From Octopus vulgaris (taxonomy: Eukaryota), in the NCBI GenBank assembly GCA_951406725.2, contig OX597829.1:4402001-4466000 (forward strand): a stretch of DNA of 64,000 nt, read 5' to 3'. Of this stretch, positions 43,331-58,994 are shown piece after piece; the stretch's first letter is position 1, and every line of letters begins with the position of its first letter. Position numbers and translations under genes: made by a program. The notes below the pieces were generated by a model. The model did not search any database, was not told the DNA's origin, and was given only the letters and a program-made list of their open reading frames with translations.

Positions 43331-44402
43331 CCACTCCAACACCACCGCCATAATGCAAAACAAAATTATATCAAAATTCCCCCGAAATAGGAGGCGCTGC
43401 CGTGCTCTTGGAAACCTCAGAAATCAACGACAAACCTGACCACCAGGGAAAGCATTGTATCCGCTTTTTCTACAGGCGCATGCTTAGAGTAGGCCCACTC
43501 ACACGGCCATTCTTATGACATTCACCCAGGTTTAAACAAAATTGCTGGGAGTTAGAACTTATCTCTCCACCCACCACTTTTCTTTTCGAGTAAAACTTGC
43601 ATACGTTGATGAGGGCTTAACAGCGATGGTCAAATAGAATGCGGGGTTATATAAAAGTTGCGCAGACAATGAAAAACAATCAATTATATCCAAATTCCCC
43701 CCGAAGAAGGAGGCGCTGCAGTGCTCTTGGAAACCCCAGAAATCAACGACAGACCTGACCACCGGGTGGGGGCGGGGGAAATCAGAAATAGTCGGGCACT
43801 AAACGAGAGCGTGTTGAACAGTTTCGTTGCTCAGGGGATATCTCGGGCACACAGGATTAACTGAATTTCCCTGCCTGTAGAGTTTATCCCGAACAGGCAG
43901 CACTCCGCGGTAACAGTGTCGGGAAAAGGAATTCTGGAACTTATCCACAGACCCTGGAACTTATCCGCAAAAACCTTGGTGACCATGAAGATTTTAAACA
44001 AAATCTTTCGGACGAAAATCAGCGCCGACTATAATTTCTGCCTTGCAAACAACTTGCTTAGTCAAGTGCTACCAGTCAAAACTCCGCATACCGGAAGAAG
44101 CCAGCAAGTGTATGGGGTCATCAAGAGAGAATGCGCCCCGTTTCGGGGCCTAACTCTCGACGGCATCAATGCGCACCGGCCCCCCTCATTGATATGAGGC
44201 CCCGCTTGCTCGATCAGCTGGTTATCAAATAAAGCTCAATATTCTTCTAGCCATTGCTCATCGTCTCTTTTTAACCAAATCCAGTGGCTAGCCTTTTCTA
44301 CTGTAGTTTGGATATCGGTCATGGTGGTATTGACTTTACGATGAGTTAGGCTTAACCATAACAACAGTCGTCTCACACTGTGTCCAACAAACCCTCTACA
44401 TC

Positions 44403-47400
44403 ATGTTTCTTTATTAGCCACAAGGGCCCAAACATAGAGGGGGACAATACAGCCTGATTGGGGTCAGACACACAATGATTATACGACTTTTAAAATTTTA
44501 CAAAATATAATGAAATCGAATGGAATCGAATGAGATACAAGGACGAAATACAAACATGAAATGAAGCAGAGAGATGGGTTACGCTCCGACCCCACGAGCC
44601 CCATTATCCTACTGAAACTTTTGTATTCAGACTTATGTCATGTTTACGAGGAATCTTTCATTCCCAGCACCCTCGCAACATGCGACCATCTTTCTTTGAA
44701 CATTTTCTTTGACAGGCATCTTCTCTCCAGCCTCACCTTCCTTTTAAGGTGGAAGATAAAAAATTTCACCAACCCGAGACCAGAGATGAGGTTGCCTGTC
44801 GCCAAACCTTTCATTCGCGACTTCCATACCACCTCTTTCGCCATTGCTACTACTGCGAGAAAACATTGCTTACCTTCTTTCGTGAGGAAATCCGGTGGGT
44901 CAATTTTTACGATTGACTCAGACGACAGCTGTACTCTTCCCGAACCTGACAGCAGATGTTCTGCATAAACCCACACTTCAGACACTCCCGCACACTGAAC
45001 AATAGCGTGCAGAACGGTTTCCCTATCCCGCCCTCATCTTGGACAGTCGGCAGTGGTAGTTCAACCGTGTCGTGCGCGCTTATCCCGAACGGGTAAGGCT
45101 CCTCGGTAACATTGCCAGGCCAGGGATTTTTGGAAATTATCCTAACACCCCGGCCCGAACGTCCTTCGGAACAGACTGTCTAACTGGTTATCTCCGAGAC
45201 CTAGGGTCTCCTCTAGAGTATCGTCGTTCCCAGCCTCTACCAACCTGCTATAGAAAAATGTAGTGGTACCAACACCGCTAGCATTACCCGAGCGATGGAA
45301 CTGTTGGAGTGCTTTACGACACTCCGTAAACCACGTATCCAACCTCGATCTACGAAAGAACCAGCTTTCTTGTCCACTAAAACTAGTGAACCTGGGAAAC
45401 ATCCGTTTCGTGAGCGGAGACCACACCTGTTCACCATTCAGGAGTAGCCAGAGATGCCTCAACCTCAGCGCATGTTTGCGCATCAACAGCCAAGGCATCC
45501 CCAGTCCTCCATTCAACGGCTTCTGGCAGCAGATAGAACGCCTCACAAGAGGAGTGGTGCCCTTCCACAAAAAGCGGAAGACCTGCCTCTCCAACATGCT
45601 CAACCACGAACCGGGACAGGGCACGACGGTTAAGCGATAAATGATGACCGATGCGATAAACACATTGGCCACCTCCGCCTTCCCTTTCAAGGATAGCCAC
45701 CGCCAAGACCAGGTCTTGACTATGCAGGTCACCTTGCTCGAGACCTCTGCCCAGTTCTTTTCTACCTGGAGGTTTGGTCTAAACCAAACTCCTAGCAGCT
45801 TAACCGGGCCCTCCGTCCAACGTCCCACGACACTATCCGAAGGCATTGACTAGCTCCTCCAGGTGCCGAGTTGCAAGCCGACTGACTTTTCCCGGTTAAT
45901 CTTTGCTCCTGCCACCGTCTCGTAAACCTTAATGGTTTCACCTACACTCTGTAGGTGTTCTATCTTGGTTACGATAATGGTGATGTCATCCGCATATGTT
46001 GAAACCAGCTCTTCAACAGCCTCGGGATGCCACTCAACTTTCGCAGTAACGGCTCTAGGGCCATCACATACAAAAGCGGCGAGAGCGGACATCCTTGGCG
46101 AACCGAGCGCTTAATAGAGAACGGCCTAGAAAGAAAGCCGTTCACCCGAACAATCGAATCGATATTATCGTATAACTGGATTATCCACCGAGGAAGCCAA
46201 GACCTAGCCCGAACTGTGCCAGCACGGACACTAGGTATCGATGGTCAACCCTATCGATTGCTTTTGTCTGATCTAAATGGACCAAAGCCCCACCTTTACC
46301 AGAATCGCTACCAAACCCTTCTAAGGTATAGCGTATAAGATGGAGATTGTCCTGAATGCTTCTGCCGGGGACGACACAGGTTTGTGCCTTGCCGATCAGA
46401 GTATTCGCGACCCGTCCCAATCTTTTTGCTAGTACCTTGGCCAAAATCTTCACCTCTGCATTTAACAGAGTGATGGGCCTAAAGTTGTCTATCTTATCTC
46501 CCTTGTTTGGGTCCTTCCTGACCTGAGTCACCACTCCCCTGCGTACAGATCTAGGAATCGACCCATTCTGCTGCCAGTTCGCGTAAACCCTGGCCAGAAT
46601 TTGCCCAAACAAGTCTAGCATACTTTTGTACAATTCATAAGGCAAACCATCAAGTCCCGCCGCCCTACCAGCTTTACAGTCCGTTATAGCCTCTCTCACC
46701 TCCTGAGGTGTGATCGGACCTTCATAGCACTCAGCATCCTGCCCCGAGAGACGCGGCAGCCCGGCAAGGAAGTCCGAAAGGTCCAACCTACCATCCGGTC
46801 CATCCCGAAAAGCTGTGCAAAGTGCTCCTGAAAAGCCTGACACATTTCATCGGGTTCGTTCACAATCTCGCCTTGTAGTTTCTCCACAGATCGAATTGTA
46901 GAATCATTTCCCCATTGGGTTTCCACCACCCGAGCCCATCCAGCGGCATTGATCCCCTCACTTCCCATTGCACGAAGTCTAGCCCTGATAATGCATCCCA
47001 TGTGTTTGGCCTCGAGGTGCTGGTTTAATTCTAGTCTCTTAGCCTTCGCCTGAGCAGCACTACCAGTCAACACGGCTTCCTCTAATTCCTTAACCAGTTC
47101 TAGTTCCCTCTTACGCTCTCTAGCCACTAAACCTATGCTATATCTAACAGACTCAAATTTAATGGCTCTTTTGAAGGCGTACCACCATTTATTATCAATG
47201 ATGGTACCGTTTAAAGCCCTCTGTATCAGTAACTTAATCCGGCTTCTGTACTCTTTGTTCGCCAAATGAGACTTATTGAGTTTCCAGTAACCGGATCCTC
47301 TACTCTGTAACTTATCTAGGTTCAGCTTACAAGTGACCAATTTATGATCACTGTAGCTGACCAAGTGGAACTGTGGACACTTAGCTATAGATCTATCTGT

Positions 47401-48645
47401 TTCTCTAATTAGAATCCTATCTATATAGGACTTAAAAGACCCGTCACCACTTAACCATGTCCACATTGGGGTATTCGGGAATTCAAGCGACTTAGTAGAT
47501 CCCGGAAGCCGGCTTTAGGTATCCTATTCGGGTTCGAGCCAACATTATCCACGCGCGCATCGTGAATAACATTAAAGTCCCCTAACAAAACTAATGGGTA
47601 CGCCGTACCAAGAAACTTCTCTAGGTCTCGGAAATACTCAGACTGACCATTGTGGGTGGCGTAAATTGCCACCAGTCTGATTTTCTTACCGCAGCTGAAA
47701 GTCAGGTCTAAGACGACCAGCCTACCTTCTGGGTCCGAAAAAATTAACTTCTCTGAAACCCGGTTTCTTTTTAGTAGGACCAACACCCCATCCCCACCCG
47801 CCGGCGGACCTGGAGAAAGAAATTTCTCGTATCCGTCCAGGAGTGGAAGCAGTCCTCTTGATCCCTTTAACCGGGTTTCAGTAGCAACAATGACATCCAA
47901 ATTATGTGACCTGACATCGTTTAAGAAGTGACCTTGCTTCCATCCCGCCGTCAGGCCACGCACATTTAAACATCCAACGTGAACTGCCATAAGTCTTACC
48001 TCAATTTCCTGTGTCTTCGCTAAGAGGCGGAGCGGGGTCCGCCTCTTTTTCTTTTTCTCGGACTCGTGGAGTCATTTTAAGTAAGCCTTCGTACAGATGA
48101 TTTGAAATATTCCACCTCATCGGGCCAACATCGCTCCGATAGTCATTTGCTAGAACGTTGTGAGACGTTCTGTCTACGTGGTAGACTTCGAACCCGTCTT
48201 TAACGTTTTTGCATCCAGTTCTTTTAAGTTTTTTTTATTTTGTATTCGGCTCAATAATCTCGAGTTTGAGGTTCGAACCGCCATATATAGAACTTCTTTT
48301 TCTCTTGTTTCTTTTGTTTTTAATTTTTTGGCTTTTTCATGCCTTCTTTGAATTGGCATTTTTGCCAATGATTTAACATTTCTCTTAAATCTCCTTTTGC
48401 TACCAGCTCTCTTCCATTCCGTCTCTTCTTTATTTCCGCTCTCATTTTCTTCTTCTGTGCTTTCTTCTTCTGTTTTTCCATTCTCTGTAGTTTCGTCTTC
48501 CGAGTCTTCTTCAATGTTGTTCTCTTTTTCTTTTTCTTCACCACTCAGGCATTCGAACCTAACATGGCTCTTCTATCCACATTTAAAATATCTGGGTTTT
48601 CTACCATCCACCATGACTACTAACTTCGTACCCATTGTATCTATG
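44403..48645 (-). mobile_element. Second Tx1/L1-clade LINE (ORF1 zinc-knuckle remnant; ORF2 47990 to 44644, APE-RT), degenerate
   Basis: MAVHVGCLNVRG, ATET, LLGDFN, SYIDRI, SDH, GYWKLN, GLDGLPYELY, NFRPITLLN, LDQTKAIDRVDH, YADDI, FLWKG, GGLGMP; ORF1 reads YFKCG*KSHVRFEC. Confidence 0.92.
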
Positions 48646-48910
48646 ACCTCTTCACATTCCTCGAGGAGGTTTACATAACGGCCAATCTTTCGAGCCCGAG
48701 CGGCGTCCATATTATCTTCATGAGGAACCGTTAACTCGACTATATTTACAACTTTCCTTCTTTCACACCACCTCAAAATATCTGTTTATTTTTTCGTAAT
48801 TGGGATGAAAAAGAATCCTTGGCACCCAGGTAAATCTGCAGTCACATCCCAATAGCCGTTCCACTTTTCATCATTCACTGGAAGTTTCTTGATCTTCTTG
48901 AAACGGATCC
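48645..48910 (-). mobile_element. Restriction-like endonuclease (RLE) fragment of a HERO/R2-group non-LTR element
   Basis: WDVTADL...TDILRWCERRKVVNIVELTVPHEDNMDAARARKIGRYVNLLEEC resembles the PD..(I)ELTVP..E..RK..Y RLE motif. Confidence 0.65.
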
Positions 48911-49378
48911 GCTGACCTAACCCTCACCCTAACCCTCGAGATAACGTCCCTGGTTTTTTTTTTATACGATGCAACGGCAGTGAGATTGAAGCCCCTAGAC
49001 AGCACGTCCCTCACCAGATGCCGGGACGGGATAGGGGAAGATTTCCACTGGCGTGGAACCGCCAGAGATAAAGATCTCTGAGCATCCTGGGACCACGAAA
49101 CTGCAACGACCCCAGCCGCATTTATGAAGGGCCTGAATCAAGCAAGCGCTAGAATTTCAAAATGAAAACCGATTTAAAATTTCAAGGGAAGTAACTCATA
49201 CTATTTTCAGCAAGGGAGATAATTTTGAATTTGATGCCTGGGAGATAACTCTTTATCACGTTGACTTTTTTTACTCAAGAATTTCATTTACACCGGCCAT
49301 TCTCCTTTAATTGTTTTATTTACTGCACTACGGCCATGCTGGAGCACAGCCTTATACCCCCCCCCACACACACATAGA

Positions 49379-49409
<31 letters not shown>

Positions 49410-49783
49410 TTGCATACATACATACATACATACATACATACATACATACATACATAACATACCAGTTTTGTGAAGTAGTGTGACAAGTATCTTATCACAT
49501 AGCATGAAATTATACCCACCTCATTGTGGATTGATCATGGATAGATTCATCGTCTGTGAGTATGAAATATCTCCTCATATCTCTGAAAATTTGCGCCTAC
49601 ATTATGGATTGATTCACCTTCTCTGTGAAGCTAATAAGCTTTTTTAAAACCTGTGATAAGACTGTGCATCATCATTAAAGAACTTTGGAAGTCCGCTTAC
49701 AACCTGAATTTGCTTTTTATAAAATTATCTCCGATACTTCATGAGTGTAGCCTCACCCACTAAGATGTTTGGAGAACTCATAT

Positions 49784-49880
49784 GTGTTTTAGCTGATGAG
49801 TACGGGACACTTGTATTTGCTGCAATATTTGCAGCTTTTAATAAAGCCTGTCTTTGTATGAAACAATTGTACTAAAAAAC
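49784..49880 (+). ncRNA. Type I hammerhead ribozyme
   Basis: gtgttttag-CTGATGA-gtacgggac...gtctttgtat-GAAAC-AATT-GTA-ctaaaaaac; all three stems pair; predicted cleavage after 49871. Confidence 0.75.
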
Positions 49881-50018
49881 TAATCCATTCTTGTTGCTTT
49901 TTTCTCGTTTATAATCACCCCACATTATTGTATGGCTAATACCATATAGTTTTCTGGTGCATCTAAGTTAAGTACCGCATTCAAGTGAATTCATTAGAAC
50001 TGACTTGAATCTTATTTG

Positions 50019-50086
<68 letters not shown>

Positions 50087-50151
50087 TATAGCCGCCATGA
50101 TAGATCGTTAGCCACTACACATTTTTTTCTCTCCTTGTTTTTTCTGTGTCC

Positions 50152-50187
50152 CTTTCTGTAGAAGAGCGTAGGCTCGAAACGTAAAAG
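50152..50187 (+). ncRNA. Minimal hammerhead motif, variant core CUGUAGA plus A
   Basis: cttt-CTGTAGA-A-gagc gtag gctc-GAAAC-GTA-aaag. Confidence 0.5.
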
Positions 50188-50297
50188 ATTTTTTTCTATT
50201 CCTGAGCGTTATACTAATACATCTGTTTGTTTTGTACACCACCTGTCTTCATCTTTTGTTTTTTTCGTAAACTCTCCCTATATATATATACATATAT

Positions 50298-50462
50298 ACG
50301 ACGGGCTTCTTTCAGTTTCCGTCTACCAAATCCACTCACAAGGCTTTGGGCGGCCCGTGGCTATAGTAGAAGACACTTGCCCAAGCTGCTACGTAGTGGG
50401 ACTGAACCCGGAACCATCTGGTTGGTAAGCAAGCTACTTACAACATAGCCACCCCTGCGCCT
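50298..50462 (-). mobile_element. SINE family A head
   Basis: Reverse-complement match. Confidence 0.85.
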
Positions 50463-50463
50463 A

Positions 50464-52692
<2,229 letters not shown>

Positions 52693-52765
52693 AAAGAAAA
52701 AAGTGCTCACAATGCTGGATGGTTGTAAAAATATATATTTATTTACTTATCACATATTATTTCTT

Positions 52766-52808
52766 CATATTAGAGCTTTCAACTACTCCTGTAGTTTCAT
52801 CAGAAATG
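52766..52808 (-). ncRNA. Minimal type I hammerhead ribozyme
   Basis: Minus strand reads cattt-CTGATGA-aactac agga gtagtt-GAAAG-CT-CTA-atatg; intact core and perfect stem II. Confidence 0.7.
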
Positions 52809-52913
52809 TCTGTTTGTAAAGTTCTGCCTGTATTTATATTATTGGTAAATGAAGTGGGGAGAGACAGAGAGTGAGTGTGTATATAATGGAGAATAGAGGG
52901 AGGGAGAAGGTGA

Positions 52914-52948
<35 letters not shown>

Positions 52949-53199
52949 TGGCAGGGAGAAAGAGGGATGGAGAAGGTGAAAGAGAGAGAATGTGTGTGTG
53001 TGTGTGTGTGTGTGTGTTTTAAAACTGTGTATTTTTCTATTTTTTCTTTTTTTCTTTTTTGGTTCTTTTTGTATTTTTTGGATGACCCGTGTAAGAAATG
53101 AAAATAGAGAAGGAAAAAGAGGGTTTGTTTTTCAATAGTAGGAGTGTTTCTATGTACACCCACACATATATCCTTACATATAAACATAAATATATATAT

Positions 53200-55560
53200 A
53201 TAGACGCAAACCAGAGAAACAGAGATGTGAAATGGAAACAAATAAACAAGTCCAACCGAAAATAATCAACCTGTCAAAGAAAATCCTGAGTTCTATACAA
53301 ATCAAAATCCTAGCAAGAGGTCTAAAATTTACCCCTACCCCCCGCAGATCGAACACAAATGAAATTAAGGACAATACTTTTGACTTCTGCCGAAAATTAC
53401 GCCTCACAGTAGCTCTTTACAACTACACCAGTGAAGATGATTCAATAGTGAAAAACAAAAGTGAGTACCATCCTACAAAAGGTAGAAATAAAGCACTTGA
53501 TGTTTTCTGTGATCACTTCACTTGTTTTCCTTACAATACCATTCCAAAACTACATATCAAATCCAACCTTAATTTAAACGAATGGAAAGACCTTGTCGAG
53601 CTAAAAAATGACTTAAACCTCACTATTAAAGAAGCCGACAAAGGAAGTGCGGTAGTATTGATGGATACAGAGTACTACAAAAATTTAATACTTCCCATGT
53701 TAGAAAATAATACTTACTATGAGAAACTAACATATTACAACCCACAGAGAACACTGAAAAACTTATCCTCCTTACTCCAAATTCATGGAAATGGTCTTAC
53801 AACACATGAAATAGACTATTTATCCAATTTCAAATAAAGTCCTAGTCTATTCTACGGATTACCCAAAATACATAAAAATCCACTCATTTGTGAAGCCTGC
53901 AAAGTCTCTACAAGCCTATGCATTAATGTCCATCCCCCTACTGACCTCAAACTCAGACCCATCATAGCTGGGCCTTCTTGCGAAACCCACCGTTTGAGCA
54001 ACTTCCTTGACATATTACTCAAACCTCTTTTAAAATATGTGAAAAGCTATATCAGGGATGACCTAGACATGCTGAACCACCTCCCGAAGACAGTAAAGGA
54101 CGGAACTCTACTGGTGTCTTTCGATGTGGTGAAGCTATACACTAATATCCCACACAACTATGGTATAGAAGCAATCACATTTTGGCTAGAAAAATACCCA
54201 GAAGAGATCCCAGGACGAATTAACCACAATTTTATAATTGAAGCACTGAAATTCGTCCTGTTTGAACAATCATTTCTTGTTCGATACTACTTACTATCGA
54301 CAGAAATGCGGAATTGCAATGGGGACCAGAGCTGCTCCAGTTATTGCAAACCTCGTAATGGGTTACCACGAACTTAAGTTATACCAATCATCACTAGAAA
54401 AATATGGCGCCTCTTTTAATTGCTACTTAAAGGAGAACTGGAAGAGATATTTAGATGATTGCTTCATACTTTGGCAAGATAGCATGGATCAACTCCTTAA
54501 TTTCAAAAGAATGCTCAACAACATACACAGCAATATACAATTCACTATGAAACACAACAGTAAGCAACTCCCTTTTCTAGACATCTTAATTATAATAGTT
54601 AACAACCACATAGAAACAGACATCTTTTATAAACCCACAGATTCTAAGCAATACCTATTATTTAACTCCTGCCACCCCAAACACATAAAAATCAACATAC
54701 CCTTTAACCTAGCAAAAAGAATCTGCACCATAGTTTCCGATACATACACTCGAGAACATAGACTCCTTGAACTTAGATCTACACTAACTAAAAGACACTA
54801 CCCAATCTCATTAGTAAATGAAGGCATCAAAAGAGCTAAGGAAATAGATATACAAAGGTTAAGGAAAACTAGCCGAAATACTAAATAAGACTTAAAAATA
54901 CTCCCGTACATCTCCACACATAACCCCAGAAACAACGAAGCCTTCAACAGCATCACCCCAAACCTTCCCATCCTCACAGCAGACAAAACAATGAACGAAA
55001 TTTTAAGCTCATATAAAATTATAAAAAGCAAAAAGCAACCGAAGTCACTGAAAAAAATATTAACCAGCGCTAGACTTTACCCACTAACAACTGAGCCAAA
55101 AGTGACAAAATGTGGACGTTCTAACTGTGGAACATGCCCCCACCTTCTGGAGGGTTCAGAATTCCAATTCAAATAAGGAGAAATATTTAAGATCAAATCA
55201 AATTTCAACTGCGCTTCAACAAATGTAATCTATGTCATGACATGCATAGGATGTGATAAACCCTGAATTAGACAAACAGGAATTTCGCTCCGTCAAAGAA
55301 TCACCATTCACAAAGAGCGAATCCGTCACCCACAATACAGACAGTTAAAGGTGAGTGAACACCAAGAAAGATGTGCCAGGAATCTTAATCTCAATTTCAA
55401 AATATTTCCCTTTTGCCAATGTTCACAGAACACCACAATTCAACAAAGGTTGAATAAAGAGGCATTTTTCATCAATAAATTTCTCCCCCAACTAAATATG
55501 AACACACAACTCAATACAGAACACTACTAACTCTTCAATTGAAACCACTAAACTCTATAC
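53200..55560 (+). mobile_element. Penelope-like retroelement (RT plus GIY-YIG), few disablements
   Basis: RGLKFTPTP, TIKEADKGSAVVLMD, FYGLPKIHK, SFDVVKLYTNIP, GIAMGT, KRYLDDCF, LPFLDI, NVIYVMTCIGC. Confidence 0.93.
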
Positions 55561-56027
55561 ACTTCCTACACCACTCACATCTCTAAATCCACAACTACTT
55601 ACCTCCCTTACAAATAATCTTTTTTTCTCAGAAACTATTAGACCTGACACCGTGTATTAACCGGTGTTGTTCAAACGATGAATAGCTTTGCGTAAACCAT
55701 TGGTTCGTTTTGTTCTCTTACTTTATTATCATCTTATAATCATCTCATAATAATGACTTTTATGACTCGTATTACTACCTCAGTCAATCTAAATGTATAT
55801 ATTTGTCGTTACCTGTCATAAATAACCTTTTTCTATTTGCAATATGCATTTTCGTTGATTTTTCATATTTTACCCTTACATTTCCACGTGTATTTTATAT
55901 TTTCTTTTCGTAGCATATTTCTACTATATATATATATATATAATTTAATAAATAAAATATATGCATACATACATATATGTACGTACCTACATCTACATGT
56001 ATATATACATGCATATATATATATATA

Positions 56028-56085
<58 letters not shown>

Positions 56086-56302
56086 TACAGGACACCACAA
56101 ATAAACGTAGAACTCAACGAGAAACGAAAACATGAAAACAAACTAGGAAACGGACTTTTTTTAACAACGAAAAAACAGAGTACAAGACAAACAATACAAG
56201 GAATATTCCCCTTCATCAGCTGTCCTTGGTTCGACTCAATGCGTGTTTCGAAGGTAAGGACAGAACACGACCCGTCGAACCAGTCCTTCCTGCAAAAGAA
56301 TG

Positions 56303-56368
<66 letters not shown>

Positions 56369-56808
56369 ACAGACACTCACATATATATATACACATATGG
56401 AGGAACCTATTGTGTGTGTACATTTTCATAAACATTCATACATACATGTACTGGGTGTTCTTGAAAATGAGAAAGAAAGAAAGGGAAAAAATAAAATATA
56501 AAAATAAAAATATAAAGAAAATATTGTGTCCATTCTTTACTTGGCACTCCCTTGGGTTTCCAAAAGAACAGGTGGTTGACCATTCAATGTTTGATATACA
56601 TATATATATATATACACCTAAACACATATGAATATGTGTACATACACACACACAAACACACACACACACACACACACATACACACACACACACACACATA
56701 CATATTGTTAATCCAAACATGAAAATACAAAGAAAAAACGCAACAACGCGAGGATGTGGAACAAGTATAGTGTTATTGGACGCTCAGGAAATGAAAGAAA
56801 GACGGAGG

Positions 56809-56843
56809 GTTTAACGTTTCGAGCGGAGCTCTTCATCAGAAAC
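56809..56843 (-). ncRNA. Minimal type I hammerhead ribozyme with an extra A after A9
   Basis: Minus strand reads gttt-CTGATGA-A-gagc tcc gctc-GAAAC-GTT-aaac. Confidence 0.7.
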
Positions 56844-56921
56844 ATAGGAAAAGGAAAGATCCAAAGAAGGGAAGACGGAGGAAAAAAATCGCCAACGGTA
56901 CACACGCGGTCACATTTATAT

Positions 56922-56952
<31 letters not shown>

Positions 56953-57027
56953 AACGCCTAGTTGAGTCGTTATCTCCTACACGCATTTTTTCTCTCATTC
57001 TTTCTCTCCTTGTTTCTTTTCTGTGTA

Positions 57028-57065
57028 TCTTTCTGTCGAAGAGCGTAGGCTCGAAACGTAAAAGA
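57028..57065 (+). ncRNA. Minimal hammerhead motif, variant core CUGUCGA plus A
   Basis: tcttt-CTGTCGA-A-gagc gtag gctc-GAAAC-GTA-aaaga. Confidence 0.5.
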
Positions 57066-58529
57066 CTTGTTTTATTGCTATTCCTGAGCGCCATACTAAT
57101 ACAATTGTTTGTTTGTACTCCACCTGCCTTCGTCTTTTGTTTATTTTCGTAAACCTTCCCGTTATATATATATATATATATAATATAATATATACACATA
57201 TATACGACGGGCTTCTTTCAGTTTCCCCCTACCAAACCCAATCACAATGCTTTGGCCGGCCCGAGGCTATAGTAGAAGACAGTTGCCCAAGATGCCACGC
57301 AGTGGGACTGAACCCGGAATCATGTGGATTGTAAGCTAGCTGCTTACCACACAGCCACCCCTGCGCCTATATATATATTTTTTCCTTCAAACTTTTTAAC
57401 ACCAGAGGCGCAGGGGTGACTGTGTGGTAAATATTCCTTTATTTGTTTTAGTCACACGGCTGCAACCATGCTGGAGCACCGCCTTTATTCAAACAAATCG
57501 ACCCCAAGACTTATTCTTCGTGAGCCTAGTACTTATTCTTTGTGAGCCTAGTACTTATTCTAGCGGTCCCTTTAGCCGGAACGCTAAGGTACGGGGACGT
57601 AAAAACGCCATCGGTTGTCAAGTGATGGCGGGGTGACGAACAGACACAAAACATACATACATACATGTTTGTTTGTTTCTTTTTTCTCGAGCCACGCCTG
57701 GGTCAATAGGGACGGTTTCCCGGTTTCCTTGGCGTATAGGTTCCCCACCTGGATGGGACGCCGGTCCGTCACAGGTGAGCTACAAAATGCAGGAGGAAAG
57801 AGTGAGAGAAAGTTGTGGCGAAAGAGTCAGCAGAAGTTCGCCATTACCTTCTGCCAGAACCGCGTGGAGCTTAGGTGTTTCGCTCATAAACACACACTGT
57901 GTGGTACCTTGGGCAAATGTCTTCTACTATAGCCTCGACCAAAGCCTTGTGCGTAGATTTGGTAGACGGAAACTGAAAGAAGCCCGTCGTATATATGTAT
58001 ATGTATATATATAGGCGCAGGTGTGGCATTTCGCCCGGCGTGGTAACGTTTCTTATTTCTTTACTGCCCACAAGGGGCGAAACATAGAGGGGACAAACAA
58101 GGACAGACAAACCGATTAAGTCGATTACATCGACCCCAGTGCGTAACTGGTACTTATTTAATTGACCCCAAAAGGAGGAAAGGCAAAGTCGTCCTCGGCG
58201 GAATTTGAACTCAGAACGTAACGACAAACGAAATATCGCTAAGCATTTCGCCCGACAGTGAAAGAGAGAGGGTGAAAGAAAGAGAGTCTAACATACACAC
58301 AGGCTGGTTCTTGGCTGTGAAGAATTCCTTTCTATTTATACTTGGAATGCCGTTCACTTCACTGTAACGCTTAAAGCAAGGCGTTCGACAGGAACTCAGC
58401 CAAGTAAGGCATCTCGGCAGATCTTTCGTAACATCTAGGTCAGCGCACTTTACGTCTTCGCTTAGCTCAGACGAAGAAGTAATTCCAAAAGGAAGAATTC
58501 GGTCAGGCTATCCCTTAGCTTTACTGCTG

Positions 58530-58630
58530 TCTTCTTCTTCTTCTTCTTCTTCTTCTTCTTCTTCTTCTTCTTCTTCTTCTTCTTCTTCTTCTTCTTCTTC
58601 TTCTTCTTCTCCTCCTCCTCCTCCTCCTCC
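58530..58630. repeat. (CTT)n/(CCT)n microsatellite
   Basis: Direct reading of the sequence. Confidence 0.95.
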
Positions 58631-58994
58631 ACCACCTCCTCCTTCTTCCAATCAGGTGTCACGCCATTAGCCACAAAAAATAATCGGTAATTCGAGCCTA
58701 CTCTAAGCTTTTAGAATGCGTGTGGCCACTTGAAGATCCACCCACCACACCCGATAGACTGGCGTTTGCACGGGCGCGTTGTTATCCTCATTCCGTAAAT
58801 TAACGAGTGGAGAGCTAAACCATCCTGGGGTACAGATGATTCGCACTCTAGATTAGGGTCTGAAAGTTTGAGTGAGAGAAAGTTCTGAAAGAGTACAGCG
58901 GTGTTCATCACCAACCCCGTTGTAGGGTTACACAATAGTTTCACCGTTATAGCACATTTCCGCTGTTTACAGCAATGCTTGGAAGGAACGTGTG

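Noticed and set aside
42011-43358. Pro/Ser-rich and Glu/Gly/Arg-rich ORFs
   Set aside because: Translations of a C/T-rich tandem repeat of about 120 bp.
56205-56300. Hammerhead-like CTGATGA and GAAAC on the minus strand
   Set aside because: I could not build consistent stems I-III in any topology.
58711-58944. 77-aa ORF in unique-looking sequence
   Set aside because: No recognisable domain or splice support; probably part of a repeat.
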